45,184 nucleotides of DNA. Source: Candidatus Nanopelagicales bacterium (GTDB lineage Bacteria > Actinomycetota > Actinomycetes > S36-B12). Positions 35,032 through 45,184 of this stretch are shown here, one piece after another. The notes under the pieces were generated by a model. The model was not told where the DNA came from, did not search any database, and saw only the letters and a list, made by a program, of their open reading frames with translations. The first letter of the stretch is position 1, and each line of letters starts with the position of its first letter. A program made the translations under genes and the position numbers. The stretch covers positions 1 through 45,184 of the forward strand of contig JAULZJ010000092.1 in the NCBI GenBank assembly GCA_032117435.1, given 5' to 3'.

Positions 35032-37701
35032 GTGCGCGACGTGACCGCGAGCAGCAACAGTCTGGGAGCGCGTTCGACCCTGACCGTGGGCGACCGCGAG
35101 TACGCGATCTACCGCATCGATGCCGTTCCGGGAGCGGAGTCCCTGCCCTTCACCCATCGCATCCTTCTCGAGAATCTGCTCCGCACCGAGGACGGGGCCA
35201 ATGTCACGGAGGGTCAGATCCGCACCCTTGGATCGTGGGTCGCGGACGCGGAGCCGTCCGAGGAGATCCAATTCACCCCTGCACGCGTCATCATGCAGGA
35301 CTTCACGGGCGTACCCGTGGTGGTCGACCTAGCCACCATGCGGGAGGCCGTGGTCGATCTGGGCGGGGATCCGGCGCGCATCGAACCACTCGCGCCCTCA
35401 GAGCTCGTCATCGACCACAGCGTGATCGCGGACTTCTTCGGGCGGACCGATGCGGCGGACCTGAACACGGCATTGGAATACGAGCGCAATCGGGAGAGGT
35501 ACCAATTCCTGCGTTGGGGCCAGGGTGCCTTCGAGGAGTTCAAGGTGGTCCCGCCGGGGACCGGGATCGTGCATCAGGTCAACATCGAGCACTTGGCCCG
35601 CGTGGTCATGGCGCGCGGTGGGCTGGCCTACCCGGACACGGTGGTGGGCACGGACAGTCACACCACGATGGTCAATGGACTGGGGGTCCTCGGCTGGGGC
35701 GTGGGCGGCATCGAAGCGGAGGCCGCCATGCTGGGGCAGCCGGTGTCCATGCTGATTCCGCGTGTAGTGGGCTTCAAGCTGACCGGAGAGCTCCCCGCCG
35801 GGGCGACAGCGACCGACCTCGTGCTCACGATCACCCAACAGCTGAGACGGCACGGGGTCGTCGGGAAGTTCGTCGAGTTCTACGGCGAGGGCGTGGGTGC
35901 GGTGCCGCTGGCAGACCGAGCGACCATCGGCAACATGAGCCCGGAGTATGGCTCCACCGTCGCGATCTTCCCCATCGATGCCACTACCATCGACTACCTC
36001 CGACTGACAGGGCGCTCGCACGAGCAGACTGCTCTGGTGGAGGCCTACGCCAAGGAGCAGGGGCTCTGGCACGATCCGACGCGGGAGGCGCGCTACTCGG
36101 AGTATGCCGAGTTGGACCTCGGGACGGTGGTGCCGTCATTGGCCGGACCGAAGCGGCCGCAGGACCGCGTCTCGCTCAGCGAGGCCAAGTCCTCGTTCGT
36201 CGAGGCCCTGGGTGACTACACCCGTGAGCCCGCCGCGGCGGTCGAGACCTCGATCGGCGGTGCGCCGGTGGAGATCGGGCACGGCGATGTCGTCATCGCC
36301 GCCATCACCTCCTGCACCAACACCTCCAATCCCTCCGTGATGATCGGTGCTGGCCTCCTCGCGAAGAAGGCCGTTGAGCGCGGCCTCTCTCGGAAACCGT
36401 GGGTGAAGACCACCCTGGGTCCGGGCTCGCAGGTCGTCACCGACTACTACAACCGGTCCGGGTTGACGACGTACCTGGACGCCCTGGGCTTCGACACCGT
36501 GGGCTATGGATGCACTGTCTGCATCGGCAACTCGGGGCCGCTCATCCCCGAGGTCAGCGCCGCGGTGAACGAAGCCGACCTCGCAGTGGTCTCCGTCCTG
36601 AGCGGCAATCGCAATTTCGAGGGACGCATCAACCCCGATGTCAAGATGAACTACCTCGCATCTCCACCTCTCGTTGTCGCCTATGCCATCGCCGGGACAA
36701 TGGATATCGACTTCGCGACCGAGCCGCTCGGCCTCGACCACGAGGGTCACCCTGTCTTCCTTGCGGACATCTGGCCGACGACCCAAGAGATCCAGGACGT
36801 CATCCGCGCAAGCATTGATGAGGAGATGTTCGCTGCGCGCTATGCCGATGTGTTCCATGGTGACGAGCGCTGGCGCAGCCTGCCGACTCCCACAGGCGAC
36901 CGCTTCGCCTGGGATCCGGAGAGCACCTATGTGCGCAAGCCGCCGTACTTCGACGGAATGTCGCAGGAGCCGCAGCCACTCCAGGACATCACAGGGGCGC
37001 GTGTCCTCCTGAAGCTCGGCGACTCAGTAACGACCGACCACATCTCGCCTGCGGGCAGCATCAAGCCGGACAGTCCGGCTGGCCGTTACCTGGAGGAGCA
37101 CGGGGTCGCTCGGGCTGACTTCAACTCGTACGGATCGCGCCGAGGTAATCATGAGGTGATGATTCGAGGGACCTTCGCCAATATCAGGCTCCGCAACCTC
37201 ATGCTCCACGACGTGGAAGGCGGCTTCACGGTCGATTTCACGTCCGCGGATGATGCGACAGTGCCGGTGTACGACGCTGCAATGGCCTACGCTCGCCACC
37301 ACACGCCCCTCGTCATCCTCGCGGGCAAGGAGTATGGCTCCGGCTCGAGCCGGGATTGGGCAGCCAAGGGTACGGCGCTGCTCGGTGTGAAGGCCGTCAT
37401 CGCACAGTCCTATGAGCGGATCCACCGCTCCAACCTCATCGGGATGGGAGTGCTCCCCTTGGAGTTCCCCGAGGGCATGAGCCCGGATTCACTGGGCCTG
37501 CAGGGTGATGAGGTCTTCACCATTCGCGGGATCACGGAATTCAATAGCGGTGGTATGCCCTCAGAGGTCGATGTCGAGGCGGTGGCCGCAGATGGACGTT
37601 GCGTGGAGTTCAGCGCACGCGTACGTGTCGACACTCCCGGGGAAGCTGACTACTACCGGCACGGTGGCATTCTGAAGTACGTCCTGCGATCCCTCGTCTG
37701 A
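35032..37701 (+). CDS. acnA: aconitate hydratase A
   Basis: 889 aa with [38 protein letters not shown] and a DWAAKG swivel domain. A GTG at 35041 (9 nt after GAGGAGG) is an equally good start. Confidence 0.95.
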   Translation: MRDVTASSNSLGARSTLTVGDREYAIYRIDAVPGAESLPFTHRILLENLLRTEDGANVTEGQIRTLGSWVADAEPSEEIQFTPARVIMQDFTGVPVVVDLATMREAVVDLGGDPARIEPLAPSELVIDHSVIADFFGRTDAADLNTALEYERNRERYQFLRWGQGAFEEFKVVPPGTGIVHQVNIEHLARVVMARGGLAYPDTVVGTDSHTTMVNGLGVLGWGVGGIEAEAAMLGQPVSMLIPRVVGFKLTGELPAGATATDLVLTITQQLRRHGVVGKFVEFYGEGVGAVPLADRATIGNMSPEYGSTVAIFPIDATTIDYLRLTGRSHEQTALVEAYAKEQGLWHDPTREARYSEYAELDLGTVVPSLAGPKRPQDRVSLSEAKSSFVEALGDYTREPAAAVETSIGGAPVEIGHGDVVIAAITSCTNTSNPSVMIGAGLLAKKAVERGLSRKPWVKTTLGPGSQVVTDYYNRSGLTTYLDALGFDTVGYGCTVCIGNSGPLIPEVSAAVNEADLAVVSVLSGNRNFEGRINPDVKMNYLASPPLVVAYAIAGTMDIDFATEPLGLDHEGHPVFLADIWPTTQEIQDVIRASIDEEMFAARYADVFHGDERWRSLPTPTGDRFAWDPESTYVRKPPYFDGMSQEPQPLQDITGARVLLKLGDSVTTDHISPAGSIKPDSPAGRYLEEHGVARADFNSYGSRRGNHEVMIRGTFANIRLRNLMLHDVEGGFTVDFTSADDATVPVYDAAMAYARHHTPLVILAGKEYGSGSSRDWAAKGTALLGVKAVIAQSYERIHRSNLIGMGVLPLEFPEGMSPDSLGLQGDEVFTIRGITEFNSGGMPSEVDVEAVAADGRCVEFSARVRVDTPGEADYYRHGGILKYVLRSLV

Positions 37702-37702
37702 T

Positions 37703-38056
37703 GTGAAACCGCCAGGCTGGCCCACCGAGGTCTGCGATCCCGACGACGTGGAGTTCCCGACATCAGCAGAACGCTGGCTTTGGGATGTGAGCAGCCTGGC
37801 GAGGGATCCCGCCTCCGTCTGGGCCCGGCGACCCCAGGCGCTCGCCTTTCGCGTGGCCTGCGATCTCCAGGCTCGCATCGAAGGTGCGCGCATCGCCTAC
37901 GCACGGGCTCGGACGAGCCTGTCGGAGACGAGTGACGATATCCCCGGCATCCTTGCGGCCCTCGAGGCGGAAGCAGCCACCCTGCAGCGGTGGCAGCGGG
38001 AGGTCGCAGTCGTCCTCCGCGCCCTCTCTGGGGAGCGTTGGCGCCAGCGGCTCTGA
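37703..38056 (+). CDS. hypothetical protein
   Basis: 117-aa ORF. Its GTG start abuts the acn stop (TGATGTG). GC3 is high. I recognise no family. Confidence 0.45.
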   Translation: MKPPGWPTEVCDPDDVEFPTSAERWLWDVSSLARDPASVWARRPQALAFRVACDLQARIEGARIAYARARTSLSETSDDIPGILAALEAEAATLQRWQREVAVVLRALSGERWRQRL

Positions 38057-38131
38057 CGTGTGCGGGCCCGGTCCTGGCCCTACACTGACCGCATGCGCCA
38101 CGCGGGCGCAGAGTCGGGAGGCACTTGCGCC

Positions 38132-40042
38132 GTGGGTCTGCTCCAAGGCATCACGTCGCCCAGCGACCTACGCTCCCTCCCCGAAGACGAATTGCCGGCA
38201 CTCGCGGATGAGATCCGAGACTTCCTGGTGACGCGCGTGTCCGCGACGGGTGGCCACCTCGGTCCCAACCTCGGGGTGGTTGAGGTCACCCTCGCACTTC
38301 ATCGTGTCTTCGATTCGCCCAGTGACGTCATCCTGTGGGATACCGGCCATCAGGCCTACGTGCACAAGATGCTGACCGGTCGATGGGCCGACTTCGACCG
38401 ACTCCGCAAGGAGGGCGGCCTCTCGGGATATCCCTCCCGGGCGGAGTCCCCGCACGATGTCATCGAGAACTCACATGCTTCGACAGCCCTGTCCTATGCG
38501 GACGGAATCGCCAAGGCATTCGAGCTTCAGGGCGAGTTCCAGGGTCCCCGGCCACGCCACGTCGTGGCTCTCGTCGGTGATGGATCGCTGACAGGCGGCA
38601 TGGCCTGGGAGGCGCTCAACAACATCGCCGCCTCCGACCGGCCCGTGATCATCGTCGTCAACGATAACGAGCGCTCGTATTCACCGACGATCGGTGGCCT
38701 GGCCCACCATCTGGCCACGCTGCGCACCACGCAAGGTTACGAGCGCTTCCTCCAATGGGGCCGACGTACCCTGAAGCGCACTCCCGTGGTCGGGACGCCC
38801 GTGTACGAGGCGCTCCACGGGATGAAGAAGGGCCTCAAGGACATCGTGGCCCCCCAGGGCATGTTCGAGGACCTCGGACTGAAGTACATCGGGCCGATCG
38901 ATGGGCATGACACGCTGGCAGTCGAGCATGGGCTCCGGAGGGCGCGTGCATTCGGCGGCCCCGTGGTTGTGCACGTCATCACCCAGAAGGGTCACGGCTA
39001 CGGGCCGGCCGAGCGTGACGAGGCCGACAGGTTCCACGGAATCGGCGTGATCGATCCGGAGACAGGGCAGCCGCTCAGCACCGGTGGACGCACGTGGACA
39101 TCGGTGTTCGCCGAGGAGCTCGTCGACATCGGTGACATGGACAGTAGCGTCGTGGCGATCACGGCGGCGATGCTCGGTCCCACGGGATTGGAGCGCTTCG
39201 CCGATCGCTTTCCCCACCGCACCTACGACGTTGGTATCGCCGAGCAGCATGCCGTGACGAGCGCTGCGGGAATGGCGTTTGCTGGAATGCACCCGGTCGT
39301 TGCTGTCTACGCCACGTTCCTCAATCGCGCGATCGACCAGGTGCTCCTCGATTGCGCGTTGCACGGGGCGGGCGTGACCTTCGTGCTCGACCGCGCAGGC
39401 GTGACCGGCGACGATGGCGCCAGCCACAACGGCATCTGGGATATGTCACTGCTGGGCGTAGTGCCGGGGCTGCGACTCGCGGCGCCGCGCGACGCGACAA
39501 CCCTGCGCGAGGAACTGCGCGAGGCCGTGGCCGTCGTCGACGGGCCGACAGTGGTGCGCTTTCCCAAGGGACCCGTGCCCGGGGACATCCCCGCGCACCG
39601 ACGCTCGGACGGGATCGACTTCCTGCGGGATCCCGAACGTCCCGATGTCCTCGTCGTTGCCGTCGGGGCCTTCGCCGGTCTCGGGCTCGAGGTCGCCGAC
39701 GCTCTCGCTGCGCAGGGGATCTCGGCCTGCGTCATCGACCCGCGTTGGGTGATTCCCGTGCCGGCGAGTCTTGCACCGCTGGCGGTGGACGTCGACCACG
39801 TCGTGGTGCTCGAGGACAACATGCGTGCCGGGGGCATCGGCTCTGCCGTGCGTGCCCTTCTCGAGGATTCGGGCGTAGGCACGCCGGTCCTGTCCTTCGG
39901 GATGCCCGCGGAGTTCCCGCTGCATGCATCTCGCGCGAGCATCCTGAATCACGCCGGTCTCAGTGCACAGAAGATCGCCCGCACGATCACAGAACGTGCC
40001 GCAGCGCCGCTGCCGGATCTTGCATCGGGTAGCGGAAACTAG
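38132..40042 (+). CDS. dxs: 1-deoxy-D-xylulose-5-phosphate synthase
   Basis: A GTG at 38132 gives (M)[15 protein letters not shown]...[12 protein letters not shown]...[11 protein letters not shown]...[15 protein letters not shown], i.e. the TPP motif. Confidence 0.95.
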   Translation: MGLLQGITSPSDLRSLPEDELPALADEIRDFLVTRVSATGGHLGPNLGVVEVTLALHRVFDSPSDVILWDTGHQAYVHKMLTGRWADFDRLRKEGGLSGYPSRAESPHDVIENSHASTALSYADGIAKAFELQGEFQGPRPRHVVALVGDGSLTGGMAWEALNNIAASDRPVIIVVNDNERSYSPTIGGLAHHLATLRTTQGYERFLQWGRRTLKRTPVVGTPVYEALHGMKKGLKDIVAPQGMFEDLGLKYIGPIDGHDTLAVEHGLRRARAFGGPVVVHVITQKGHGYGPAERDEADRFHGIGVIDPETGQPLSTGGRTWTSVFAEELVDIGDMDSSVVAITAAMLGPTGLERFADRFPHRTYDVGIAEQHAVTSAAGMAFAGMHPVVAVYATFLNRAIDQVLLDCALHGAGVTFVLDRAGVTGDDGASHNGIWDMSLLGVVPGLRLAAPRDATTLREELREAVAVVDGPTVVRFPKGPVPGDIPAHRRSDGIDFLRDPERPDVLVVAVGAFAGLGLEVADALAAQGISACVIDPRWVIPVPASLAPLAVDVDHVVVLEDNMRAGGIGSAVRALLEDSGVGTPVLSFGMPAEFPLHASRASILNHAGLSAQKIARTITERAAAPLPDLASGSGN

Positions 40043-41274
40043 TCCGCTACTGAGTCCGCAAGGACCCGCGCGCAGAGCTCCACCTGCCAAGGGCGCGCGC
40101 CCGCTTCGTGGAGTGCCGCGGCCACCGTGTCGGACGTGACGGGCAGGGGCGGCTCCCACGCCCAACGCCGCACGGCATCGGGTGGTACGAGATTCTCCAC
40201 GGGTATCGAGTGGGCGGCGGCCAGTTCTGCGAGGCGCTCACGTGCGACGGCCAGACGATCAGCGGCAACGGGGTCTCGATCGCGCCACACGCGCGCAGGA
40301 GGTGGGCCCTCCGAAGCCAGTGCCGCCGCGGGGAGTTCGTCCTCGGGCAGCTTCCGCGCGCTCTCGACCGCCCTCCACCACCTGTCCGCGTGCTTCGCGG
40401 CGTTGCCCTTGAGGAACTCCGGGAGGGTGCTGAGCTCTGCCGACGTGCCAGGCTGCGCCACGGCGGCGGCCACGATGGCTGCATCAGACAGGATCCGGCC
40501 CGGGCTGACGTCCAGGCGCTGGGCCAGTCCATCCCGCGACTCCCACAGTGCCCGCACGGTCGCGAGCGCTCGACGCCCACGGACGCGGTGCAAACCCGAC
40601 GTGCGTCGCCAGGGATCCCGCCGAGGGGATGGCGGCGACCAGCGAAGGATGGCGTCGAACTCTTCGCTTGCCCACTCCAACTTCCCTGAAGTGGCGAGAT
40701 CTGCCGCGAGAATGTCGTAGAGGTTGACGAGAACCTCGACATCAAGCGCTGCATAGCGCAGCCAGTCATCGGGCAGAGGTCGTCGGGACCAGTCAGCTGC
40801 TCCGTGTCCCTTCGCGAGGTGGTGCCCCAGCTCGGACTCGACCAGCGGCCCGAGCCCCACGCGATCGCGGCCGAGGATGCGTGCGGCGAGCTCTGTATCG
40901 AAGACACGTTGCGGAACGAGGCCGACCTCGCGCAGGCACGGCAGATCCTGGGATGCGGCATGCAGGAGCCAGACGGCATCGTCGAGAGCCGCGCCCATGT
41001 CCGCCAAGTCGATGAATGCCGTCGGATCGATGAGCCAGGTGCCGCTGCCCCGTCGGTAGAACTGCACGAGATAGGCGCGCTGCCCGTATCGGAAGCCAGA
41101 CGCGCGCTCAGCATCGACGGCCACGGGACCGTGCCCACCGACGAGGGCAGCCATGGCTCGCTCAAGTCCCCCACGGGTGGTGATGAGCTCAGGCAGGCCG
41201 TCCAGGAGTTCCACGTGCGGCAGGGCCGGTGCGCTGTCGGCCTGCTGCGTGTCGTCTGGCTCGGATCCGATCAC
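40039..41274 (-). CDS. rnd: ribonuclease D-like 3'-5' exonuclease with HRDC domain
   Basis: [22 protein letters not shown]...HAASQDL...YAALDVEVL (DEDDy motifs), followed by an HRDC-like region. Confidence 0.85.
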   Translation of the reverse strand: MIGSEPDDTQQADSAPALPHVELLDGLPELITTRGGLERAMAALVGGHGPVAVDAERASGFRYGQRAYLVQFYRRGSGTWLIDPTAFIDLADMGAALDDAVWLLHAASQDLPCLREVGLVPQRVFDTELAARILGRDRVGLGPLVESELGHHLAKGHGAADWSRRPLPDDWLRYAALDVEVLVNLYDILAADLATSGKLEWASEEFDAILRWSPPSPRRDPWRRTSGLHRVRGRRALATVRALWESRDGLAQRLDVSPGRILSDAAIVAAAVAQPGTSAELSTLPEFLKGNAAKHADRWWRAVESARKLPEDELPAAALASEGPPPARVWRDRDPVAADRLAVARERLAELAAAHSIPVENLVPPDAVRRWAWEPPLPVTSDTVAAALHEAGARPWQVELCARVLADSVAD

Positions 41275-41888
41275 GTGAGCGAGCCGGATTGGCGAGGCGG
41301 CACGAGCGACGCGACGCCCGGGGGGAGGGGGAGGAGGCCCGCGGCCTGGGCGAGGGCTGATCCCCAGGCCATGACCTCACCGCCCATATCGCCGGGATCG
41401 CCCAAGGGCGTCCAGGAGGCCCGGATCTCCACCATGCCGCTGACATCCCTCTCCCCGAGGGCCCCAAAGGACTCGCTCATCACCCGTGTGACGGTGCCAC
41501 CGAGAGCTGCGCGTGGCCCGGCGTAGTCGTCGAGCGCCTCCTGCAGCCACGTCCAGGCAACGCCGGTGAGCAGGGGATCCGTCGCGAGGTCAGGTTCGAG
41601 CGTGGCGCGGATGAAGATCACCGCACGGAAATGCCCCAACCACGCCTCGACACCGTCGGGATCGTGTAGCAGGACGAACCTCCCCGAAGCGAGCTCGTCA
41701 TCGTCTTCGACGAACTCGGCTGTCAAGGCGACGGCGTGCGGGGCGAGTCGCTGCGGAGCAGGTCCTTCGTCGACGCTGAGCTCGGGGCGCAGTCGGACGG
41801 CCCGCAGGCTGGCCAGGGCCCGATCGAAACTGTCGGAGCCTGGAGTCACCATCGCAGGGTACGACGCCCAAGGCGCCGGAGCTGTCAT
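41271..41888 (-). CDS. DUF3000-family protein
   Basis: 205 aa. It sits in the conserved actinobacterial position upstream of rnd, with 4-nt overlaps on both sides. Confidence 0.7.
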   Translation of the reverse strand: MTAPAPWASYPAMVTPGSDSFDRALASLRAVRLRPELSVDEGPAPQRLAPHAVALTAEFVEDDDELASGRFVLLHDPDGVEAWLGHFRAVIFIRATLEPDLATDPLLTGVAWTWLQEALDDYAGPRAALGGTVTRVMSESFGALGERDVSGMVEIRASWTPLGDPGDMGGEVMAWGSALAQAAGLLPLPPGVASLVPPRQSGSLT

Positions 41889-42328
41889 CCCACGCCGGGC
41901 GGGACCAGGGTGAGGCTGACGCTGTTGATGCAGTACCGCAGGTCGGTCGGCGTACCGTATCCCTCGCCCGAGAAGACGTGCCCGAGATGGCTACCGCACG
42001 AGGCACAGCGCACTTCGGTGCGCAGCATGCCATGACTGCGATCCTCGATCTCGATCACGCGATCGCCGGCCAGAGGGGTATAAAAGGACGGCCATCCGCA
42101 GTGGGAGTCGAACTTCGCCTCGGACCGGAAGAGTTCCCCACCACACGCACGGCAGGTGTACACGCCCTCGGCGGTGGTCCCGACGTACTCTCCCGACCAT
42201 GGAGGCTCCGTGCCGGCCTCGCGCAGGACCGCGAACTCCCTGGGGTCGAGACGCGCACGCCATTCCTCGTCGCTGTGCCCCACGGGGTAGGGGGCTCCGT
42301 CGGGTCGGTGTGGCTCTACAGTCGGCAT
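41885..42328 (-). CDS. msrB: peptide-methionine (R)-S-oxide reductase
   Basis: ATG 42328. It has YTCRACGGELF...CGWPSF...RTEVRCASCGSHLGHVF...RYCINS. Confidence 0.95.
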   Translation of the reverse strand: MPTVEPHRPDGAPYPVGHSDEEWRARLDPREFAVLREAGTEPPWSGEYVGTTAEGVYTCRACGGELFRSEAKFDSHCGWPSFYTPLAGDRVIEIEDRSHGMLRTEVRCASCGSHLGHVFSGEGYGTPTDLRYCINSVSLTLVPPGVG

Positions 42329-42386
42329 GCCGCCAGGGTAGGCGGATCTCCGAGCCGGGGCGACCGGGAGGGAAGGGAAGCGCACG

Positions 42387-42923
42387 ATGAGTGACATGCT
42401 CGATATTCGCGGGGCCTGGCTGAGCTCTGACGAGCTCGAGCAGGCGCGTGAGCGACTGCCCATCGTGTACGTCGAAGCCGTCCCCGTGCGCGTGGACCCG
42501 CTGGGATCCATCACCGCCATCGGACTGCTCCTGCGAGCCATGCCGGACGGCTCGATCAGTCGTGCGCTCGTGTCAGGTCGAGTCCTCTACGGAGAGCGAC
42601 TGCGCGAGGCCCTGCTGAGGCACATCGAGAAGGACCTCGGTCCGGTCGCACTGCCGCGGTTGCCGCTTGACCCCGCGCCCTTCACCGTGGCTGAGTACTT
42701 TCCGGATCCGTCGGTGACGGGCTACCACGATCCACGCCAGCACGCCGTCAGCCTGGCCTACGTCGTCCCCTGCGATGGCGATTGCGCGCCAAGCCAGGAC
42801 GCACTCGATCTCACGTGGATCGCTCCGCAGGAGGCTGCGTCGGAGTCCTTCCAGGCGGAGATGACCGGCGGACAGGGCCGACTCGTGCGTCTCGCCCTGG
42901 CGTACGCGGGCCAGCTCGACTAG
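42387..42923 (+). CDS. NUDIX-fold-like protein (DUF4916-like)
   Basis: 178 aa (LPIVYVEAVPVRVDPLGSITAIGLLLR...). Family assignment is from memory and tentative. Confidence 0.6.
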   Translation: MSDMLDIRGAWLSSDELEQARERLPIVYVEAVPVRVDPLGSITAIGLLLRAMPDGSISRALVSGRVLYGERLREALLRHIEKDLGPVALPRLPLDPAPFTVAEYFPDPSVTGYHDPRQHAVSLAYVVPCDGDCAPSQDALDLTWIAPQEAASESFQAEMTGGQGRLVRLALAYAGQLD

Positions 42924-42926
42924 ATC

Positions 42927-43715
42927 TCAGGCCTGGAACTCGGGCGCCCGCCCCGCGCCCTTGGCGATGAGGGCTTCGGTGAGGTCAGGCCCACGGAAGG
43001 ACTCGCGCATGAGGGCCAGGCTCTCGGCCGTGCTCGTGACGAGATCGGACGAGGCCGCGTGATCGAGTTGGCGCTTGATCGCTCGGAGCGACCCGGGGGA
43101 GCAATGCCTCGCCACGTCGTGCGCCCAGTCGAGTGCCGCCGCAAGCACGTCCGCATGTACGCCGTGCACCAAACCGAGGCGCGCTGCCTCATCGGCGTCG
43201 ATCGCGCGTCCGCTGAGCAGGATCTCCGCTGCGCGCTGCCGGCCGACCATGCGCGGTAGGAGCCAGGCAACTCCATATTCGGCGACGAGGCCGAGTCGCG
43301 AGAAGGCGGAGATGAATGTGGCATCCGGCGATGCGAAGCAGACGTCACCCGTCAAGGCGATGACGAAACCAAGCCCGGCGGCTGGTCCGTTGACGGCCAT
43401 GACAACGGGAATGCCCACTTGCAATGCCGTGGTGGGCAGGTCATTCCCCTCGGTCCGGGCGACGAATCCGTCGAGCGCCTCGGGGCCCTGGGCCAGCACG
43501 CTCAGGTCGGCGCCCGAGCAGAAACCACGCCCTGAGCCCGTGACGACGGCGACACGGACACCCGGATCGTCGTCCGCGGCACGCAGCGCTGCGGCGTAGG
43601 CACGGCCCATATCCGGGGTCAGGGCATTGAGCCGATCGGGTCGGTGCAGCGTGATGATGGCCACGTGGTCGACGACCTCCACGAGGACCGTCTCCGCAGA
43701 AGCCGGTGCGGGCAT
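42927..43715 (-). CDS. enoyl-CoA hydratase/isomerase (crotonase) family protein
   Basis: ATG 43715. It has ITLHRPDRLNAL...VVTGSGRGFCSGADL...AVNGPAAGLG. Confidence 0.85.
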   Translation of the reverse strand: MPAPASAETVLVEVVDHVAIITLHRPDRLNALTPDMGRAYAAALRAADDDPGVRVAVVTGSGRGFCSGADLSVLAQGPEALDGFVARTEGNDLPTTALQVGIPVVMAVNGPAAGLGFVIALTGDVCFASPDATFISAFSRLGLVAEYGVAWLLPRMVGRQRAAEILLSGRAIDADEAARLGLVHGVHADVLAAALDWAHDVARHCSPGSLRAIKRQLDHAASSDLVTSTAESLALMRESFRGPDLTEALIAKGAGRAPEFQA

Positions 43716-44677
43716 CAGGAACGTCCCGCGGCGGCGATCGCATCCATGGCGTCCGCGACAGTGAGCGACCAAGCGGGGTCCGGCAGCCAGGCGTCTTCGC
43801 CGCGGATGGTCGCGGATACCTGCTCCACCATGTGGCGATACGGGTCGACGGGAGCGAAGTGCTCTACGCGTTCGCCATCGCGATCGCGCACGCGCAAGGC
43901 GCTCGGCTGGAGCCAGGACGTGTAGGCATCGCTACCGGTGAACTCCAGGACGCCGTGTGTTCCCTCCACGGTGAGGCTCTCGAAGCCGGTCTCGATGAAG
44001 CTGGCCCGGATGTCCACGGGGATGCCGTCCAAGGTGAACGCCGCCTGCGTCGTGAGGTCGACTCCCGTGGGTCCAAGCACCCTGTCGACATGGCCCACCA
44101 CGATCTGCGCGGGTCCGATGGCCCACGCTGCGCCCGTGAGCGGGTAGCAGCCGACGTCCAGCAGCGCGCCCCCGCCCCGATCGGCGTCGAGCCTGTAGTT
44201 GCCCTCGTCGACGCCGTCGAAAACGAACGCCCCCGTAACCCGGGTGATGGATCCAATGGCGTCGCTGGCCAGCAGGGCAGCGGCCCGCGCCGTGCGGGGG
44301 TGCCACAGATTCCACGTGGCCTCCACGAGGAGCCCTCCGGTTTCGTCGGCGACGGCGCGCATCTGCCGAGCCTCGTCCGCGTTGCGTCCGAGCGGCTTCT
44401 CGCACAGGACCGCCTTGCCTGCGCGGAGTGCCTCGATGGCCCAGGGGAGGTGCCCATCATTGGATAGTGCGATGTAGACGGCATCGATGTCGGGGTCGGA
44501 GACGACCACGGAATAGTCGCAGGCGGTAGCCCGCCGGGGCGTGAGGGCGGCCGCACGACGCTCCTCCCGTGATCCCACGACATCCAGCGAAGCGCCGTTG
44601 GCACTATGCAGCGCCGGTGCGATGGCGCGCCGTGAGATCCACCCTGCCCCGAGCAGCCCCCAGCGGGTGGCGGTCAT
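43715..44677 (-). CDS. Gfo/Idh/MocA-family oxidoreductase
   Basis: WGLLGAGWISRRA (Rossmann fold), plus ...AGKAVLCEKPL. Confidence 0.85.
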   Translation of the reverse strand: MTATRWGLLGAGWISRRAIAPALHSANGASLDVVGSREERRAAALTPRRATACDYSVVVSDPDIDAVYIALSNDGHLPWAIEALRAGKAVLCEKPLGRNADEARQMRAVADETGGLLVEATWNLWHPRTARAAALLASDAIGSITRVTGAFVFDGVDEGNYRLDADRGGGALLDVGCYPLTGAAWAIGPAQIVVGHVDRVLGPTGVDLTTQAAFTLDGIPVDIRASFIETGFESLTVEGTHGVLEFTGSDAYTSWLQPSALRVRDRDGERVEHFAPVDPYRHMVEQVSATIRGEDAWLPDPAWSLTVADAMDAIAAAGRS

Positions 44678-45184
44678 GACGGCTTCACCGGGATCCCTCC
44701 GAGACTGGCTGACTCCTCTGCGGCCTGCAGCATGGCGATGACGCGGCGTGACTGGAATCCCTGGACCCGCGGATCGACCCCGTAGTGAAGTCTCAACGAC
44801 AGGTCGGCGTGAAAGGGGTGCGCATCCCCGGCCGGGTAGGCCAGCGTGGTGACGCTTCCATCGGCCGAATGCAGCCGGAGCGTCGGCGGCGCGTCGGCGG
44901 GGGCAAGGACATCCTCGTCGAGGGTGCCGATCGCGTTACGCGTGACCACGGACTTCACACGCCACTCCGACGTGAGCGCTCCCCGGGTCCCAAGGATGTA
45001 CCACCTGGGCTTGAGTGCGGCCGCGAGATCGGAGAAGACGAATGTCGCCTCGCGACCACCATCGAAGTGCAGGCTCATCCGCGCATGGTCAGCGTTGGTC
45101 ACGTCATGCCATACCCGCTTGTGGTTCACAGCCGTGACGTATTCGACCTCCCCGTCGATGAGATCGAGGATCTGGTCGACGATG
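44674..45184 (-). CDS. Gfo/Idh/MocA-family oxidoreductase, C-terminal part (5' end outside the window)
   Basis: The frame stays open to the window edge (...IVDQILDLIDGEVEYVTAVNHKRVW...), typical of the C-terminal alpha/beta domain. Its stop overlaps the next gene's start by 4 nt. Confidence 0.7.
   Translation of the reverse strand, partial: IVDQILDLIDGEVEYVTAVNHKRVWHDVTNADHARMSLHFDGGREATFVFSDLAAALKPRWYILGTRGALTSEWRVKSVVTRNAIGTLDEDVLAPADAPPTLRLHSADGSVTTLAYPAGDAHPFHADLSLRLHYGVDPRVQGFQSRRVIAMLQAAEESASLGGIPVKPS

Noticed and set aside
1-45184. CRISPR arrays, rRNA or tRNA genes, tandem repeat arrays.
   Set aside because: A visual scan found no regularly spaced direct repeats, no cloverleaf-like segments in the few intergenic gaps, and no rRNA-like low-GC conserved stretches.

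Overview
High-GC (actinobacterial, Micrococcales-like) chromosomal segment, densely coding, with many 1-, 4- and 8-nt start/stop overlaps. All calls rest on motif recognition and manual translation; no database search was possible.

The window has two parts.

(1) Positions 1-15534 form an aromatic-catabolism island built from two divergent multi-gene operons.
- The minus-strand operon carries a hypothetical gene, an IclR regulator, a dmpEFGHI-like lower meta-cleavage pathway, a Rieske ferredoxin and a beta-carbonic anhydrase.
- The plus-strand operon carries two tandem catechol 2,3-dioxygenase paralogs, a long-N-terminus histidine phosphatase, and a split PEP-synthase-like (phenylphosphate-synthase PpsB/PpsA-type) phosphotransferase.
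- It continues with a structured spacer, an alpha-only Rieske oxygenase, a 4-Cys zinc-ribbon mini-protein, a HAD phosphatase and an FprA/adrenodoxin-reductase-type flavoprotein.
- This kinase + two phosphatases + Rieske oxygenase + ring-cleavage combination is the most unusual content. I propose it is an undescribed aerobic 'phosphorylate, then oxygenate' route for a phenolic or anilinic compound. That is inference only.

(2) Positions 15531-45184 are conserved actinobacterial core genes. They include topoisomerase IV ParC, tdk, a short SepH-like gene, suhB-like, the DUF4193/DUF4235/DUF3093-dut-DUF3710-OB-fold-DUF3159-trkA-trkA block, an APC permease, asnB, acn, dxs, rnd, msrB, an enoyl-CoA hydratase and Gfo/Idh/MocA oxidoreductases.

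I found no rRNA, tRNA, CRISPR array, transposase or integrase.
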